From the NCBI GenBank assembly GCA_900544825.1, contig UQWP01000001.1, positions 15,881 through 79,880 of the forward strand: a DNA stretch of 64,000 nucleotides, written 5' to 3'. This DNA comes from an uncultured Prevotella sp. (GTDB taxonomy: Bacteria; Bacteroidota; Bacteroidia; Bacteroidales; Bacteroidaceae). Under the pieces are notes generated by a model, which was not told the DNA's origin, did not search any database, and worked only from the letters and a program-made list of their open reading frames with translations. This document shows positions 1 through 10,741 of the stretch, in pieces (position 1 is the first letter of the stretch; every line of letters begins with the position of its first letter). The position numbers and the translations under genes were made by a program.

Positions 1-221
1 AGGGTGTAGGCTCCGTAACGCTCGATTTCTTTAAGGGCGGAAATCTGAAGATCAACAACGATGGCGTGGGTAAGGTAAGCGCCAAGGTTGACTGCCAGGT
101 ATTGAATGTTGATCTGGATGGTGTTGGCGGCGTGCATCTGAGCGGTGTTACCGGCAAATATACCCGTCATAAGGACGGCGTTGGAAGCATTTCTGACGGA
201 GGTCTGAAGGTCGGTAGATAA
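1..221 (+). CDS. 3' end of a CDS entering from the left edge; Gly/Val/Asp-rich repetitive beta-strand-like tail (possibly GIN/DUF4097-like adhesin-head protein)
   Basis: Frame 3 is open from the window edge to a TAA at 219-221 and translates to ...DFFKGGNLKINNDGVGKVSAKVDCQVLNVDLDGVGGVHLSGVTGKYTRHKDGVGSISDGGLKVGR*. It is followed by a long hairpin at 244-341. No M-start ORF of this size on the other strand. Confidence 0.35.
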   Translation, partial: GVGSVTLDFFKGGNLKINNDGVGKVSAKVDCQVLNVDLDGVGGVHLSGVTGKYTRHKDGVGSISDGGLKVGR

Positions 222-243
222 TCGGGAAATTTTTTGAGAAAAA

Positions 244-341
244 GCAACTTTTGCCCCCCGTTACATACTTGTTATATTTTTCTTTTATATATTTTCTTTT
301 TATATATATATAATTAATATATAACGGGGTGCAAAAGTTGC
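244..341. terminator. Long inverted repeat (20-bp stems GCAACTTTTGCCCCCGTTA / TAACGGGGTGCAAAAGTTGC, one mismatch) with ~58-nt AT-rich loop between convergent genes; candidate bidirectional terminator or structured element
   Basis: Stems at 244-263 and 322-341 are reverse complements. Lies between the + strand CDS ending at 221 and the - strand CDS ending at 400. Confidence 0.4.
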
Positions 342-399
342 CTGGATTTGGGCAAGAGACGCTCTTTTTTCTGAATCTCTTGCCTATATTTTCGGAGCT

Positions 400-1146
400 T
401 TAGAAGTCCCACTTTACACCCAGGCAAGGGCGAACCTTTGCTCCATCGGTGCTGCCGAAGTTATTGGTGATTTCTACCTCACCACCCAGGCTCAGGTTCT
501 CGCAGCCGAAGTGCTGACCTACATTGTACCACAACTGTGGCTCGGTGATGAATACTGTGTGGCGGGTCTTTGCCTTGCCGTCGCCATCTACGGTTCCGTG
601 GGTTTCCCACCAGAAATCAGCGAAGCCGTCAAACTTCAATCCCTTTACTCCGAAGAGGTCGTTGCAGGTCCATACGGCTGTCAACTGCATCGGAACATTC
701 TGGTCGGTCTTGCGGATGGTCTTATAGAGTACATCCAGGTTCAAGGTGTTCTTGTAGGTGGCATCGTGAATCAGATACTCCACACCGAAGAGCCAGGCAT
801 TGTTGATAGGGTAGTTCTTGGTGATACCGCCATTGTACTCTACATGCAGGCTCCAGTTCTTCATGCTGCTGTTCTGCCAGAAGTTCAAGGCACGTGAAAT
901 CTCGGTATAGGTGCCGCCCTGTGCTACGTTCGGACTGTTAGGGTCCATCTTGTCGTAGTTGAAGTCGTGGTCAACGAAGAAGTAGGTACTTCCCCATTTG
1001 TCCTGCTTGAACATCTCCAAAGTCAGGGTTACATACTTGCGGTCGGTACCGAAATCATAAAGAATCTGTGCGTTGGTCTGTGCAAGAGTCTTGCTTGCTG
1101 GAAGCAATGCCAATGCCATCAGCAGGAGGCTTTTTAATTTTCTCAT
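400..1146 (-). CDS. Secreted/outer-membrane beta-barrel-like hypothetical protein with signal peptide
   Basis: 248-aa ORF. N-terminus MRKLKSLLLMALALLPASKTLAQ is a typical signal peptide. Aromatic-rich alternating pattern and C-terminal ...GVKWDF are typical of outer-membrane barrels. Family not recognised with certainty. Confidence 0.6.
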   Translation of the reverse strand: MRKLKSLLLMALALLPASKTLAQTNAQILYDFGTDRKYVTLTLEMFKQDKWGSTYFFVDHDFNYDKMDPNSPNVAQGGTYTEISRALNFWQNSSMKNWSLHVEYNGGITKNYPINNAWLFGVEYLIHDATYKNTLNLDVLYKTIRKTDQNVPMQLTAVWTCNDLFGVKGLKFDGFADFWWETHGTVDGDGKAKTRHTVFITEPQLWYNVGQHFGCENLSLGGEVEITNNFGSTDGAKVRPCLGVKWDF

Positions 1147-1221
1147 AACAATGTTTTCTTGTTTTTGATGATGGAGTTTAAAATATGATTTGAAACAAAA
1201 AAATAAAATATGATACGGAAT

Positions 1222-1260
1222 TAAAAAAGACTGCGAACATGATACCCGCAGTCTTTTTTG
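1222..1260. terminator. Intrinsic terminator hairpin (AAGACTGCG...CGCAGTCTT) with A-run before and T-run after; bidirectional, downstream of glyA
   Basis: aaaaaagactgcgaacatgatacccgcagtcttttttg. Confidence 0.6.
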
Positions 1261-1292
1261 TATATATAAAATCGAATTGGTTTTTCCTTTGC

Positions 1293-2573
1293 TTAGTAAG
1301 CGAAGAGAGGATAATCCTTCATGGTCTCGTTTACCTTCTCACGAACGCGGGCGATGACCTTCTCATCCTCAGGTGAATTCAATACTTCCTCGATGAGTTC
1401 TGCGATGAGGTGCATCATATCCTCCTTGGCGCCACGGGTTGTCATGGCAGCTGTACCCAGGCGGATACCTGATGTCTGGAAGGCAGAACGTGAATCGAAT
1501 GGAACCATGTTCTTGTTGACTGTGATGTCGGCTGCAACAAGCGCATTCTCAGCTACTTTACCAGTGAGGTCTGGATATTTACTTCTGAGGTCAACGAGCA
1601 TAGAGTGGTTGTCTGTACCACCGCTTACGATGCCGAAACCACGACCGATGAGATCGTCGGCGAGAATGGCTGCGTTCTTTTTTACCTGCATGGCATACTC
1701 CTTCCAAGATGGCTGCAGGTTCTCATTGAAGGCAACAGCCTTGGCAGCGATGACGTGCTCCAGCGGACCGCCCTGCTGGCCAGGGAATACGGCAGAATTC
1801 AAGAGCATACTCATCTTCTTTACCTCGCCCTTCTTGGTTGTCAATCCCCATGGGTTGTCAAAATCCTTACCCATCAGAATGATACCGCCACGAGGACCAC
1901 GGAGAGTCTTGTGGGTAGTAGAAGTAACGATGTGAGCGTACTTCAATGGGTTGTCGAGCAGACCGGCTGCAATCAGACCTGCAGGGTGAGCCATATCAAT
2001 CATCAGGAGAGCACCCACCTCATCGGCAATCTTGCGCATGCGGGCATAATCCCACTCACGGCTGTAAGCACTACCACCACCGATAATCAGCTTAGGCTTG
2101 TGTTCCAGAGCCAGCTTCTCCATCTCGTCGTAATCCACGCGACCAGTCTCCTTGTTCAGGTTGTAGCCGATAGGATTGTAGAGAATACCAGAAGTATTGA
2201 CGTGGCTACCATGAGAAAGGTGACCGCCGTGGTCGAGGTTCAATCCCATAAAAGTATCACCCGGTTTCAATACAGCGAGCAAAACTGCTGCATTAGCCTG
2301 AGCACCAGAGTGAGGCTGCACGTTGGCATACTCAGCACCAAAGACTTTCTTTACGCGTTCGATGGCAAGGTTCTCTACGATATCCACCACCTGGCATCCG
2401 CCGTAGTAGCGCTTGCCTGGCAGACCCTCTGCATACTTGTTGGTAAGGTAAGAACCCATAGCGTTCATCACCTCGTCACTCACGAAATTCTCAGAAGCAA
2501 TCAGCTCCATGCCTTTCAGCTGACGCTGATGTTCTCTTTCGATTAAGTCGAAAATCTCTTGATCTTTAACCAT
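1293..2573 (-). CDS. glyA: Serine hydroxymethyltransferase
   Basis: 426 aa. [32 protein letters not shown]...YYGGCQVVD... is a canonical SHMT N-terminus, with PLP-lysine region ...[15 protein letters not shown]. Confidence 0.95.
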   Translation of the reverse strand: MVKDQEIFDLIEREHQRQLKGMELIASENFVSDEVMNAMGSYLTNKYAEGLPGKRYYGGCQVVDIVENLAIERVKKVFGAEYANVQPHSGAQANAAVLLAVLKPGDTFMGLNLDHGGHLSHGSHVNTSGILYNPIGYNLNKETGRVDYDEMEKLALEHKPKLIIGGGSAYSREWDYARMRKIADEVGALLMIDMAHPAGLIAAGLLDNPLKYAHIVTSTTHKTLRGPRGGIILMGKDFDNPWGLTTKKGEVKKMSMLLNSAVFPGQQGGPLEHVIAAKAVAFNENLQPSWKEYAMQVKKNAAILADDLIGRGFGIVSGGTDNHSMLVDLRSKYPDLTGKVAENALVAADITVNKNMVPFDSRSAFQTSGIRLGTAAMTTRGAKEDMMHLIAELIEEVLNSPEDEKVIARVREKVNETMKDYPLFAY

Positions 2574-2598
2574 TCTTATTTGTTTTATGTGATTGATG

Positions 2599-3063
2599 CT
2601 ACTTGCAAAGCTCCACTTTGCCCAATTGCTGCTCCTTATCGCAGTAATGGCAGCGTACGATACCGAGTACCTTATCTACGGTGTGGAAGAGGGTCTGCAT
2701 AGGCTCGTTGTTGGTGATGCACTTAGGGTTGTTGCACTTCACGATGCCCTTGAGTGTATCTGGAGTCTCTACGGTCTTCTTCTCCACGATCTCGTAGTCC
2801 TTGATGATACTCAGACCGATGTTAGGAGCCACCACGGAGAGGCGGTTGATTTCCTCATCGGTAAAGTACTTGTTGGCAACCTTGATGATGCCCTTCTTGC
2901 CGATCTTCTTGGAAGGCAAGTTGTAGCCGATGGTAACAGGAGTGTCCATCTTCTCCAACTGGAGCAGGTTGACTACCTGATAGGTCTTCTCGGCTGGTAT
3001 ATGGTCGATTACGGTACCGTTCTCGATAGCCGCAACTACTAATTGACTTTTATTGTTTCCCAT
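2599..3063 (-). CDS. pyrI: Aspartate carbamoyltransferase regulatory subunit
   Basis: 154 aa. C-terminal Zn-binding Cys cluster ([12 protein letters not shown]...CHYCDKE) and PyrI-like N-domain. Immediately downstream of pyrB on the same strand. Confidence 0.9.
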   Translation of the reverse strand: MGNNKSQLVVAAIENGTVIDHIPAEKTYQVVNLLQLEKMDTPVTIGYNLPSKKIGKKGIIKVANKYFTDEEINRLSVVAPNIGLSIIKDYEIVEKKTVETPDTLKGIVKCNNPKCITNNEPMQTLFHTVDKVLGIVRCHYCDKEQQLGKVELCK

Positions 3064-3095
3064 CTGTCTATAAACTATAATCTATTAACTATAAA

Positions 3096-4043
3096 CTACT
3101 CAATAATGGTCTTGTCATTCTTCACATCCTCCAGTGTGATACCGAGGCAGTGGCAGAAGATAGCCTCACGGGCGTAGAGACCATTCTGAGCCTGCTGGAT
3201 GTAGTATGCATGTGGATCATCATCTACATCGTATGCAATCTCGTTGACACGTGGCAGCGGGTGCATGATCTTCATGTTCTCCTTTGCCTTGCAGAGCATG
3301 TCGCGCTTCAGGATATACACGTTCTTCACACGCTCGTATTCCATCAGGTCGCTGAAACGCTCCTTCTGTACACGGGTCATATAGAGAATGTCGGCGCCTG
3401 CAATCACATCCTCGTTGAAATCCTCGTGCTCCACGTACTTGATGTTGTGCTCCTTGCAGTAGAGTTTGTACTCCTCTGGCATGGCAAGCTCCTTAGGTGC
3501 GATGAAGTGGAAGGTAGGATTGAAGTGGCGCATAGCGGTGATAAGTGAGTGAACGGTGCGGCCATACTTGAGGTCACCCACAAGATAGATGTTCAAGTTC
3601 TCCAGGGTTCCCTGGGTCTTGAAGATAGAGTAGAGGTCGAGCAAGCACTGGGATGGATGCATGTGGGCACCATCACCGGCATTGACGATAGGCACTGGAG
3701 CTACCTCGCTGGCGTACTGGGCTGCACCCTCGATGAAGTGGCGCATGGTGATGACGTCGGCGTAGTTGCTCACCATCAGAATAGTGTCCTTCAGCGTTTC
3801 GCCCTTGGTAGTGCTGGATGTCTTGGCATCAGAGAAGCCGATGACACGTGCGCCAAGGCGATTGGCTGCTGTCTGGAAACTGAGTTGGGTACGAGTAGAT
3901 GGTTCGAAGAAAAGAGTCGCTACGACCTTTCCCTTCAACAACTCCCTGTTGGGATGCTTTTCAAACTCTTGCGCCATTTCGAGGAGGTACATGATTTTCT
4001 CCTTCGAGAGGTCGGCAATCGTCACAAAATTATGTTTTTCCAT
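3096..4043 (-). CDS. pyrB: Aspartate carbamoyltransferase catalytic subunit
   Basis: STRTQLSF (carbamoyl-phosphate binding), HPLP and related ATCase motifs. Start chosen at [13 protein letters not shown] (4043); the ORF extends to 4079 with an alternative M. Confidence 0.9.
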   Translation of the reverse strand: MEKHNFVTIADLSKEKIMYLLEMAQEFEKHPNRELLKGKVVATLFFEPSTRTQLSFQTAANRLGARVIGFSDAKTSSTTKGETLKDTILMVSNYADVITMRHFIEGAAQYASEVAPVPIVNAGDGAHMHPSQCLLDLYSIFKTQGTLENLNIYLVGDLKYGRTVHSLITAMRHFNPTFHFIAPKELAMPEEYKLYCKEHNIKYVEHEDFNEDVIAGADILYMTRVQKERFSDLMEYERVKNVYILKRDMLCKAKENMKIMHPLPRVNEIAYDVDDDPHAYYIQQAQNGLYAREAIFCHCLGITLEDVKNDKTIIE

Positions 4044-4127
4044 ACGAATTTTGATTGAATGTTCTGAAATCGCCCCCAAAGTTACACATAATTTCTGATT
4101 TATGTGCGATATTTCAAAACTTTTATG

Positions 4128-4135
4128 TAATTTTG
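4128..4135 (+). promoter_or_regulatory. Bacteroidota-type -7 promoter box TAATTTTG upstream of PBP1A gene
   Basis: Matches TAnnTTTG consensus ~24 nt upstream of the ATG at 4159. Confidence 0.4.
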
Positions 4136-4158
4136 CACAAATAAATGAAGAAATAGAG

Positions 4159-6489
4159 ATGAGAAAACATTTTATCTATACATTATGGGGCATTTTTGCC
4201 ACCTTTATCGTGTCGGCTATGCTCGCCTTCTTTGCCATCTGGAACGGATGGATCGGTTACATGCCAGACATCGAGGATCTGCAGAATCCTATCAGCAGAT
4301 TCGCCACTCAGGTGTATTCGTCGGATGGAAAGGTGCTGGGTACATGGAACCTGAACAAGGAGAACCGTATCGTGATACCTTATAAGAAGATGTCACCTTA
4401 TTTAATAAAGGCACTGGTTGCCACGGAGGATGAACGATTCTATGAGCATTCGGGCATCGACTTCCGTGCGCTCGGTCGTGCCATCGTGAAGCGTGGACTC
4501 CTGGGACAGACCAATGCCGGTGGTGGATCTACCATCACCCAGCAGCTTGCCAAGCAGCTCTATTCCGAAAAGGCATCGAGCACCCTGGAGCGACTGCTGC
4601 AGAAACCGATAGAGTGGGTCATCGCCATCAAGCTGGAGCGATACTATACCAAGCAGGAAATCCTGGCACTCTATCTCAACTACTTCGACTTCCTACACAA
4701 TGCCGTGGGTATCAAGACGGCAGCGAATACCTATTTTGATAAGGAACCGAAGGATCTTACCCTCACCGAGGCGGCTACGCTCATCGGTCTCTGCAAGAAC
4801 CCTTCGCTCTTCAACCCTGTACGCTATCCGGAGCGTGCCCGCGACAGAAGAAACGTGGTGCTCTCGCAGATGGTGAAGGCGGGCTATTTGGATCGTGCTG
4901 AATACAGCCAGTATTCGGCAGAACCGCTTACGCTCAACTTCCACCGTACCGACCATAAGGATGGTTCGGCTACCTATCTGCGCGAATATCTGCGCAAGTA
5001 TCTGATGGCTACCCGTCCGGAAAGAAAGGATTATGCATCCTGGAACTATGCCCAGTTTGTTACCGATTCCATCCTCTGGAATACCGATCCTCTGTATGGA
5101 TGGTGCAACAAGAACTTCAAGAAGGACGGTTCTCCATATAATGTGTATAGCGATGGTTTGAAGGTGTTTACCACCGTGGATAGCCGTATGCAGCGATACG
5201 CCGAAGAGGCTGTATATCAGCATGTGGCGCGCTACCTGCAACCAGCCTTCAGCAAGGAGGTTTCCCGCAAGCCAAGTTCACCATACAGCGACAAGCTGAC
5301 ACCAAAGCAGATCAAGGTTATCCTGAACCGCAGTGTTACCCAGTGCGAGCGCTACCGACAGATGAAGGAAGCGGGATGCTCGGCAGAAGAGATTCACGAT
5401 ACCTTCCGCAAGAAGATTCCGATGACTGTGTTTACCTATCATGGTGACATCGATACGCTGATGAGTCCGCTCGACTCCATCCGCTATTACAAGACCTTCC
5501 TGCGCAGCGGATTCATGAGTATGGATCCTAAGACGGGTGCCGTGAAGGCATACGTGGGTGGATTGGACTATACCCACTTCATGTATGATATGGTAAGCCT
5601 GGGAAGAAGACAGGTGGGTTCTACCATCAAGCCATTCCTCTACAGTCTGGCGATGGAGAACGGATTCTCGCCTTGCGATTTGGCGCCTAACCGTCAGCAG
5701 ACCTATATGGTGGCTGGCAGACCATGGACGCCGCGCAATGCCAACCATTCGAGATACGGACAGATGGTTCCGCTGAGCTGGGGATTAGCACAGAGTAACA
5801 ACTGGATCAGTGCCTATCTGATGAGTAAGCTGAACCCATCGCAGTTTGTCCAGCTGCTGCACGACTATGGAATCAACAACCCTGATATTCATGCCTCTCT
5901 GAGCTTGTGTCTCGGACCATGCGAGGTGAGCGTGAGCGAGATGGTAAGTGCCTATACCGCCTTTGCCAACCATGGTATCCGTACGGCTCCGATGTTTGTG
6001 AGCCGCATCGAGGATAACGAGGGTAACACCCTTGCTACCTTCCAGCCACGAATGAACGAGGTAATCAGTGCCGACAATGCCATGAAGATGCTCACCATGA
6101 TGATGGGCGTAGTGGATAATGGTACGGCAGGAAGACTGCGCTACCGCTATAAGCTGGAGGGACAGATTGGTGCCAAGACGGGTACCACCAATAATAACAG
6201 CGACGGTTGGTTCATCGCCTTTACTCCGCAGCTGGTAAGTGGCTGCTGGGTAGGCGGTGAGGAGCGCGATATCCACTTCGATTCCATGAGTATGGGTCAG
6301 GGTGCTACCATGGCGCTGCCTATCTGGGCTATCTTCATGAAGAAGGTGTATGCCGATACCTCGCTGGGCTACAGTCCGGAGGTGAAGTTTGATATCCCTG
6401 CCGATTACAATCCATGCTATCATGTGGGCAGCGGTGGCGAGCAGGATGATTTCGAACAGGTGGACGCCATCGACGAAGTATTCGAATAA
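4159..6489 (+). CDS. mrcA: Penicillin-binding protein 1A (bifunctional glycosyltransferase/transpeptidase)
   Basis: N-terminal TM helix, transglycosylase motifs ([23 protein letters not shown]), transpeptidase motifs (SxxK as GSTIKP; KTGT as KTGTTNN). ORF opens at 4102, but the signal/TM start [13 protein letters not shown] at 4159 is more plausible. Confidence 0.9.
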   Translation: MRKHFIYTLWGIFATFIVSAMLAFFAIWNGWIGYMPDIEDLQNPISRFATQVYSSDGKVLGTWNLNKENRIVIPYKKMSPYLIKALVATEDERFYEHSGIDFRALGRAIVKRGLLGQTNAGGGSTITQQLAKQLYSEKASSTLERLLQKPIEWVIAIKLERYYTKQEILALYLNYFDFLHNAVGIKTAANTYFDKEPKDLTLTEAATLIGLCKNPSLFNPVRYPERARDRRNVVLSQMVKAGYLDRAEYSQYSAEPLTLNFHRTDHKDGSATYLREYLRKYLMATRPERKDYASWNYAQFVTDSILWNTDPLYGWCNKNFKKDGSPYNVYSDGLKVFTTVDSRMQRYAEEAVYQHVARYLQPAFSKEVSRKPSSPYSDKLTPKQIKVILNRSVTQCERYRQMKEAGCSAEEIHDTFRKKIPMTVFTYHGDIDTLMSPLDSIRYYKTFLRSGFMSMDPKTGAVKAYVGGLDYTHFMYDMVSLGRRQVGSTIKPFLYSLAMENGFSPCDLAPNRQQTYMVAGRPWTPRNANHSRYGQMVPLSWGLAQSNNWISAYLMSKLNPSQFVQLLHDYGINNPDIHASLSLCLGPCEVSVSEMVSAYTAFANHGIRTAPMFVSRIEDNEGNTLATFQPRMNEVISADNAMKMLTMMMGVVDNGTAGRLRYRYKLEGQIGAKTGTTNNNSDGWFIAFTPQLVSGCWVGGEERDIHFDSMSMGQGATMALPIWAIFMKKVYADTSLGYSPEVKFDIPADYNPCYHVGSGGEQDDFEQVDAIDEVFE

Positions 6490-6530
6490 TTCTTCGGGAA
6501 GTGCTCCTGATGCCGTCATCAAAAGGCTAT

Positions 6531-6587
6531 CCGCCATTTTTGCACTCATTTCTTTTAAATAGTGCAAAAATGGCGGATGTTTTTTGC
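6531..6587 (+). terminator. Intrinsic terminator after PBP1A gene: 16-bp perfect stem CCGCCATTTTTGCACT / AGTGCAAAAATGGCGG followed by TGTTTTTTG
   Basis: Perfect inverted repeat at 6531-6546 and 6561-6576, then a T-run. Confidence 0.7.
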
Positions 6588-6606
6588 TTATCTCCATTAT
6601 TTTTTG

Positions 6607-6614
6607 TATTTTTG
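6607..6614 (+). promoter_or_regulatory. -7 box TATTTTTG upstream of pheT
   Basis: TAnnTTTG match ~90 nt upstream of the pheT start. Confidence 0.3.
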
Positions 6615-6704
6615 CAAAGTTTTAGGGCTCTTGTAACACAAATGCGTGATGACGAGGAGGTTCCCAAACACTTGATAAAGAGAAAATAATAAAAAAACAT
6701 TATA

Positions 6705-9173
6705 ATGAACGTTTCATACAAATGGCTTAAAGAATACGTCGATTTCGACTTGACACCACAGGAGACTGCCGATGTGCTGACCTCTTGCGGACTCGAAGTG
6801 GACGCTTTGGAGGAAGTACAGTCTATCAAGGGTGGACTGAAAGGTCTTTACGTAGGTAAAGTGTTGACATGCGAGGCGCATCCTAACAGCGATCACCTCC
6901 ACGTAACAACCGTTGACTTGGGCAAGGGCGAGCCACAGCAGATTGTCTGCGGTGCTCCTAATGTTGCTGCAGGTCAGAAGGTAATCGTTGCCGACCTGGG
7001 CTGCGTGCTCTATGACGGCGACCAGAGTTTTACCATCAAGAAGAGCAAGCTCCGCGGTGTAGAGAGCTTGGGTATGATCTGTGCTGAGGATGAGATTGGC
7101 GTGGGTACATCTCACGACGGTATCATCGTGCTCCCAGAGGATGCTCCTGTAGGTCAGCCTGCTGCCGAGTACTATCACCTGGAGAGCGACTGGCTCATCG
7201 AGATTGATATCACTGCCAACCGTGCCGATGCACTCGGTCATTGGGGTGTAGCCCGCGACCTCTATGCCTGGTTGAAGCAGAACGGTTATGAAACCAGTCT
7301 GCATCGCCCATCTTGCGATGAGTTCGTAGTGGATAACGAGGATCTTCCTATCAATGTAGAGATTGAGAACACCGAGGCTTGCAAGCGCTATGCCTGTGTA
7401 AGCATCACCGACTGCGAGGTGAAGGAGAGTCCTAAGTGGTTGCAGGATAAGCTGAACATCATCGGCTTGCGACCAATCAACAATATCGTGGATATCACCA
7501 ACTACATCATGATGGCATACGGTCAGCCATTGCACTGCTTCGATGCAGATATGGTTACCGGTCATAAGATTGTAGTCCGCACCCAGCCAGAGGGCACCAA
7601 GTTCATCACTCTCGATGGCGAGGAGCATACCCTGGGTGAGCACGACCTGAGCATCTGCAATGCTGAGGAGCCAATGTGTATCGCCGGTATCTTCGGCGGT
7701 AAGGGTTCCGGTACTTACGAGACCACCAAGAGCGTGGTTCTGGAGAGTGCTTACTTCCACCCAACATGGATTCGCAAGAGCGCTCGCCGTCACGGTTTGA
7801 GCACAGATGCCAGCTACCGTTTTGAGCGTGGCGTAGATCCAAACGGACAGATCTATGCATTGAAGCAGGCTGCTATCCTCTGCAAGCAGTTGGCTGGCGG
7901 CAAGATTTCCATGCAGATCAAGGATGTATATCCAGAGCCAATGCAGGATTTCCCAGTTCGCCTGAACTATGAGTATGCGCATCGCCTCATCGGTAAGGAG
8001 ATTGGTGCTGACACCATCAAGAGCATCGCTACTTCTCTCGAGATGAAGATCGTGAAGGAAGATGCTGAGGGCATCGACCTCCTGGTTCCTGCTTATCGTG
8101 TAGATGTTCAGCGTCCTTGCGACGTGGTTGAGGATATCCTCCGTATCTACGGATATAATAATGTGGAGATTCCAACCCAGTTGAAGAGTTCTTTGACTGT
8201 TCAGGGCGATGAGGACAAGGCTTATCACAGCCAGAACCTCGTGGCAGAGCAGTTGGTAGGCGAGGGCTTCATGGAGATTCTCAACAACTCTCTGACCAAG
8301 ACCAGCTACTATACCGACCTGGAGCTGAACAAGTATCCGATGGAGAACGTAGTGAAGGTGATGAACCCATTGAGTGCTGATCTCGGCGTAATGCGCCAGA
8401 CCATGCTCTTCGGCGGTTTGGAGAGCGTAGCCCGCAACATCAACCACAAGAGCCAGAACCTGAAGTTCTTCGAGGTGGGTAACACCTATATATATAATAA
8501 GGAGAAGTGGAGCGAGGAGAGTCCTATCAAGGCTTACTCTCAGGAGGCTCACATGTCACTCTTCATCACCGGTAAGCGCGTAGAGGGCAATTGGGCTCAT
8601 GCAGATGAGCAGAGCAGCATCTACGAGTTGAAGGCTGTGGTAGAGAATATCCTCCGCCGTGTAGGTATGCCACAGAATAATCTCGTAATCAAGCACAGCG
8701 ACAACAATATCTTTGCCAAGGGTGTGAACTACGAGACCCGTGCCGGCAAGGTATTGGTAGAGATGGGTATCCTGAGCCACAAGCTGAAGAAGGCATTCGA
8801 TATTGAGCAGGATGTATTCTATGCTGATGTTCACTGGGATAACCTGATGAAGACCGTGAAGAAGGTGAACCTTACTTACACAGATATCAGCAAGTATCCA
8901 TCTGTGAGCCGCGACCTTGCGCTGCTCGTAGATAAGAACGTAGAGTTTGCCCAGATTGAGCAGATTGCCCATCAGACCGAGAAGAAGCTCCTGAAGAGCG
9001 TGGTACTCTTCGACGTATATGAGGGTAAGAACCTGCCAGAGGGCAAGAAGAGTTATGCCGTAAACTTCATCCTCCAGGATGAGGAGAAGACATTGAATGA
9101 CAAGCAGATTGATGCTATCATGAAGAAGCTCATTGCCAACCTCACAGGTAAGCTCAATGCAGAGTTAAGATAA
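6705..9173 (+). CDS. pheT: Phenylalanine--tRNA ligase beta subunit
   Basis: 822 aa. N-terminus MNVSYKWLKEYVDFDLTPQE... is typical of the tRNA-binding domain. B3/4, B5 and FDX-ACB domain organisation fits the length. Confidence 0.95.
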   Translation: MNVSYKWLKEYVDFDLTPQETADVLTSCGLEVDALEEVQSIKGGLKGLYVGKVLTCEAHPNSDHLHVTTVDLGKGEPQQIVCGAPNVAAGQKVIVADLGCVLYDGDQSFTIKKSKLRGVESLGMICAEDEIGVGTSHDGIIVLPEDAPVGQPAAEYYHLESDWLIEIDITANRADALGHWGVARDLYAWLKQNGYETSLHRPSCDEFVVDNEDLPINVEIENTEACKRYACVSITDCEVKESPKWLQDKLNIIGLRPINNIVDITNYIMMAYGQPLHCFDADMVTGHKIVVRTQPEGTKFITLDGEEHTLGEHDLSICNAEEPMCIAGIFGGKGSGTYETTKSVVLESAYFHPTWIRKSARRHGLSTDASYRFERGVDPNGQIYALKQAAILCKQLAGGKISMQIKDVYPEPMQDFPVRLNYEYAHRLIGKEIGADTIKSIATSLEMKIVKEDAEGIDLLVPAYRVDVQRPCDVVEDILRIYGYNNVEIPTQLKSSLTVQGDEDKAYHSQNLVAEQLVGEGFMEILNNSLTKTSYYTDLELNKYPMENVVKVMNPLSADLGVMRQTMLFGGLESVARNINHKSQNLKFFEVGNTYIYNKEKWSEESPIKAYSQEAHMSLFITGKRVEGNWAHADEQSSIYELKAVVENILRRVGMPQNNLVIKHSDNNIFAKGVNYETRAGKVLVEMGILSHKLKKAFDIEQDVFYADVHWDNLMKTVKKVNLTYTDISKYPSVSRDLALLVDKNVEFAQIEQIAHQTEKKLLKSVVLFDVYEGKNLPEGKKSYAVNFILQDEEKTLNDKQIDAIMKKLIANLTGKLNAELR

Positions 9174-9215
9174 TATTATATTTAAAAAACGATAAACATT
9201 TAAAATTTTATTCCA

Positions 9216-9959
9216 ATGGGAAGAGCATTTGAATATCGTAAAGCTACAAAGCTGAAAAGATGGGGCCACATGGCCAAGACATTTACTAAGTTGGGTAAGC
9301 AGATTGCTATTGCAGTAAAGGCTGGCGGTCCAGAGCCAGAGAACAACCCAACCTTGCGTGCTATCATCGCTAACTGTAAGCGTGAGAACATGCCTAAGGA
9401 CAACATCGCTCGTGCCATCAAGAACGCTTGTGGCAAGGATACCAGCGATTACAAGGAGGTGACATACGAGGGATATGGCCCTCACGGAGTTGCTGTCTTC
9501 GTTGATACATTGACAGATAACACAACCCGTACTGTGGCTGACGTTCGTTCTATCTTCAACAAGTTCAGCGGTAACTTGGGTACAACAGGTTCTTTGTCTT
9601 TCCTCTTCGACCACAAGGCTGTGTTCACATTCAAGAAGAAGGAAGGTCTGGATATGGACGAGATGATTCTCGACCTGATTGACTACGGCGTAGAGGACGA
9701 GTTCGATGAGGATGAGGAAGCAGGCGAAATCACAATCTACGGTGCTCCTACAAGCTTCGGCGAGATTCAGAAGCACCTGGAGGCTGAGGGCTTCGAGGTA
9801 ACTGGTGCTGAGTTCACCTACATTCCTAACGATTTGAAGGAGGTTACTGCTGAGGAGCGCGAGACTATCGACAAGATGGTTGAGAAGTTGGAGGAGTTTG
9901 ACGATGTTCAGACTGTTTACACCAACATGAAGCCAGAGATTCCTGCAGACGCAGAATAA
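9216..9959 (+). CDS. yebC: YebC/PmpR family DNA-binding transcriptional regulator
   Basis: 247 aa. MGRAFEYRKATKLKRWGHMAKTFTKLGKQIAIAVKAGGPEPENNPTLRAIIANCKRENMPKDNIARAI is a canonical YebC N-terminus. Confidence 0.9.
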   Translation: MGRAFEYRKATKLKRWGHMAKTFTKLGKQIAIAVKAGGPEPENNPTLRAIIANCKRENMPKDNIARAIKNACGKDTSDYKEVTYEGYGPHGVAVFVDTLTDNTTRTVADVRSIFNKFSGNLGTTGSLSFLFDHKAVFTFKKKEGLDMDEMILDLIDYGVEDEFDEDEEAGEITIYGAPTSFGEIQKHLEAEGFEVTGAEFTYIPNDLKEVTAEERETIDKMVEKLEEFDDVQTVYTNMKPEIPADAE

Positions 9960-9961
9960 TT

Positions 9962-10240
9962 ATGTTGCAGCAAGAGAAACAGGATAAGTTGACCAAGGTT
10001 ACTTATCAGACTCATGGTACCTGCTCTAAGTACATCTGTATCAGTGTTGATGAGGATGGAAAAGTGCAGGATGCCCAGTTCATCGGCGGTTGCGATGGCA
10101 ACACCAAGGGCGTTTGTGCCTTGATTCAGGGTATGAAGGCAAAGGAAGTCATCGCCCGACTGAAGGGTATCACTTGTGGCAATAAGCCTACAAGCTGTCC
10201 AGACCAGCTGGCGACAGCCTTGCAGGAAATGGGATATTAA
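9962..10240 (+). CDS. TSCPD domain-containing small protein
   Basis: 92 aa with the eponymous motif ...KPTSCPDQLA. Starts 3 bp after the yebC stop, so probably co-transcribed. Confidence 0.75.
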   Translation: MLQQEKQDKLTKVTYQTHGTCSKYICISVDEDGKVQDAQFIGGCDGNTKGVCALIQGMKAKEVIARLKGITCGNKPTSCPDQLATALQEMGY

Positions 10241-10248
10241 TACAATAA

Positions 10249-10286
10249 AGAGGGTGTGTCATCAATCCATGACACACCCTCTTTTC
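10249..10286. terminator. Bidirectional intrinsic terminator (AGAGGGTGTGTCAT...ATGACACACCCTCT + TTTC) between convergent TSCPD gene and lipoprotein gene
   Basis: 14-bp perfect stem with a 6-nt loop. Confidence 0.65.
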
Positions 10287-10672
10287 TAATACTTGAAGAC
10301 ATCATCCAGCAAGATTTCCTTCGGATTCTTAGCCGAATAATAAACGAAGCGGAAGGTGAAGTGGGCATCCTTGTAAATCTTCAGACCAGGGTTGTTGTCC
10401 AATGCCTCTTTCTGAAGCTTGTGGAGCTTATCCTTGTTGGCATCAATCGCCTTCTTGTTGTCCGCTTTGTTGCGAAGAGTCATGTAATAAGAGAACACGC
10501 GGGTGTTCTTGTCAAACACGGCACTATCTGTTCTGCTGTCATTTACGTATGGGGTAGGGCAGTATTTCTCTGTGTATTCCTTAGCCTCACGAACCGCCTT
10601 ATCTTCCAGACTTTCAGTGCAAGATACGACCAAACTAGCCAAAAATAGGCTATAAATAGCTTTTTTCATCAT
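10286..10672 (-). CDS. Hypothetical lipoprotein
   Basis: Signal peptide with lipobox [17 protein letters not shown]. The ORF extends to 10795, but the signal-peptide M at ~10669/10672 is the likely start. Confidence 0.55.
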   Translation of the reverse strand: MMKKAIYSLFLASLVVSCTESLEDKAVREAKEYTEKYCPTPYVNDSRTDSAVFDKNTRVFSYYMTLRNKADNKKAIDANKDKLHKLQKEALDNNPGLKIYKDAHFTFRFVYYSAKNPKEILLDDVFKY

Positions 10673-10690
10673 TATTATATAATTTTTTTG

Positions 10691-10718
10691 CAAAGATACG
10701 AAAAAAATACTATCTTTG
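10691..10718. promoter_or_regulatory. Divergent promoter pair: TATCTTTG -7 boxes on both strands (caaagata at 10691-10698 for the - strand lipoprotein gene; tatctttg at 10711-10718 for lepA) forming a palindrome
   Basis: tttttgcaaagatacgaaaaaaatactatctttgcac. Confidence 0.4.
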
Positions 10719-10741
10719 CACTCCAAAGAGAGAAAAATTGT

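Noticed and set aside
1321-2546. Long antisense ORFs inside glyA (204 aa and 313 aa) and similar antisense ORFs inside pheT (612 aa), uvrA genes, S9 peptidase, pyrG, yidC
   Set aside because: Each is opposite a gene with unmistakable conserved motifs. High-GC coding regions in this genome frequently leave long open antisense frames.
6501-6829. ORFs 6501-6689 (+) and 6527-6829 (-) in the PBP1A-pheT intergenic region
   Set aside because: They overlap the PBP1A terminator hairpin and the pheT promoter and 5' end. Short, no motifs. The 6527-6829 ORF is antisense to the pheT start.
10688-10741. Upstream in-frame extensions of lepA (to 10688), uvrA (to 27438), acyl-CoA ligases (to 15008/16739), rpoD (to 43563), porin (to 59050), DUF3943-like gene (to 30226), PBP1A (to 4102)
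   Set aside because: Conserved N-termini or signal peptides begin at the internal Met. Extensions would overlap neighbouring genes or promoters and lack conservation.
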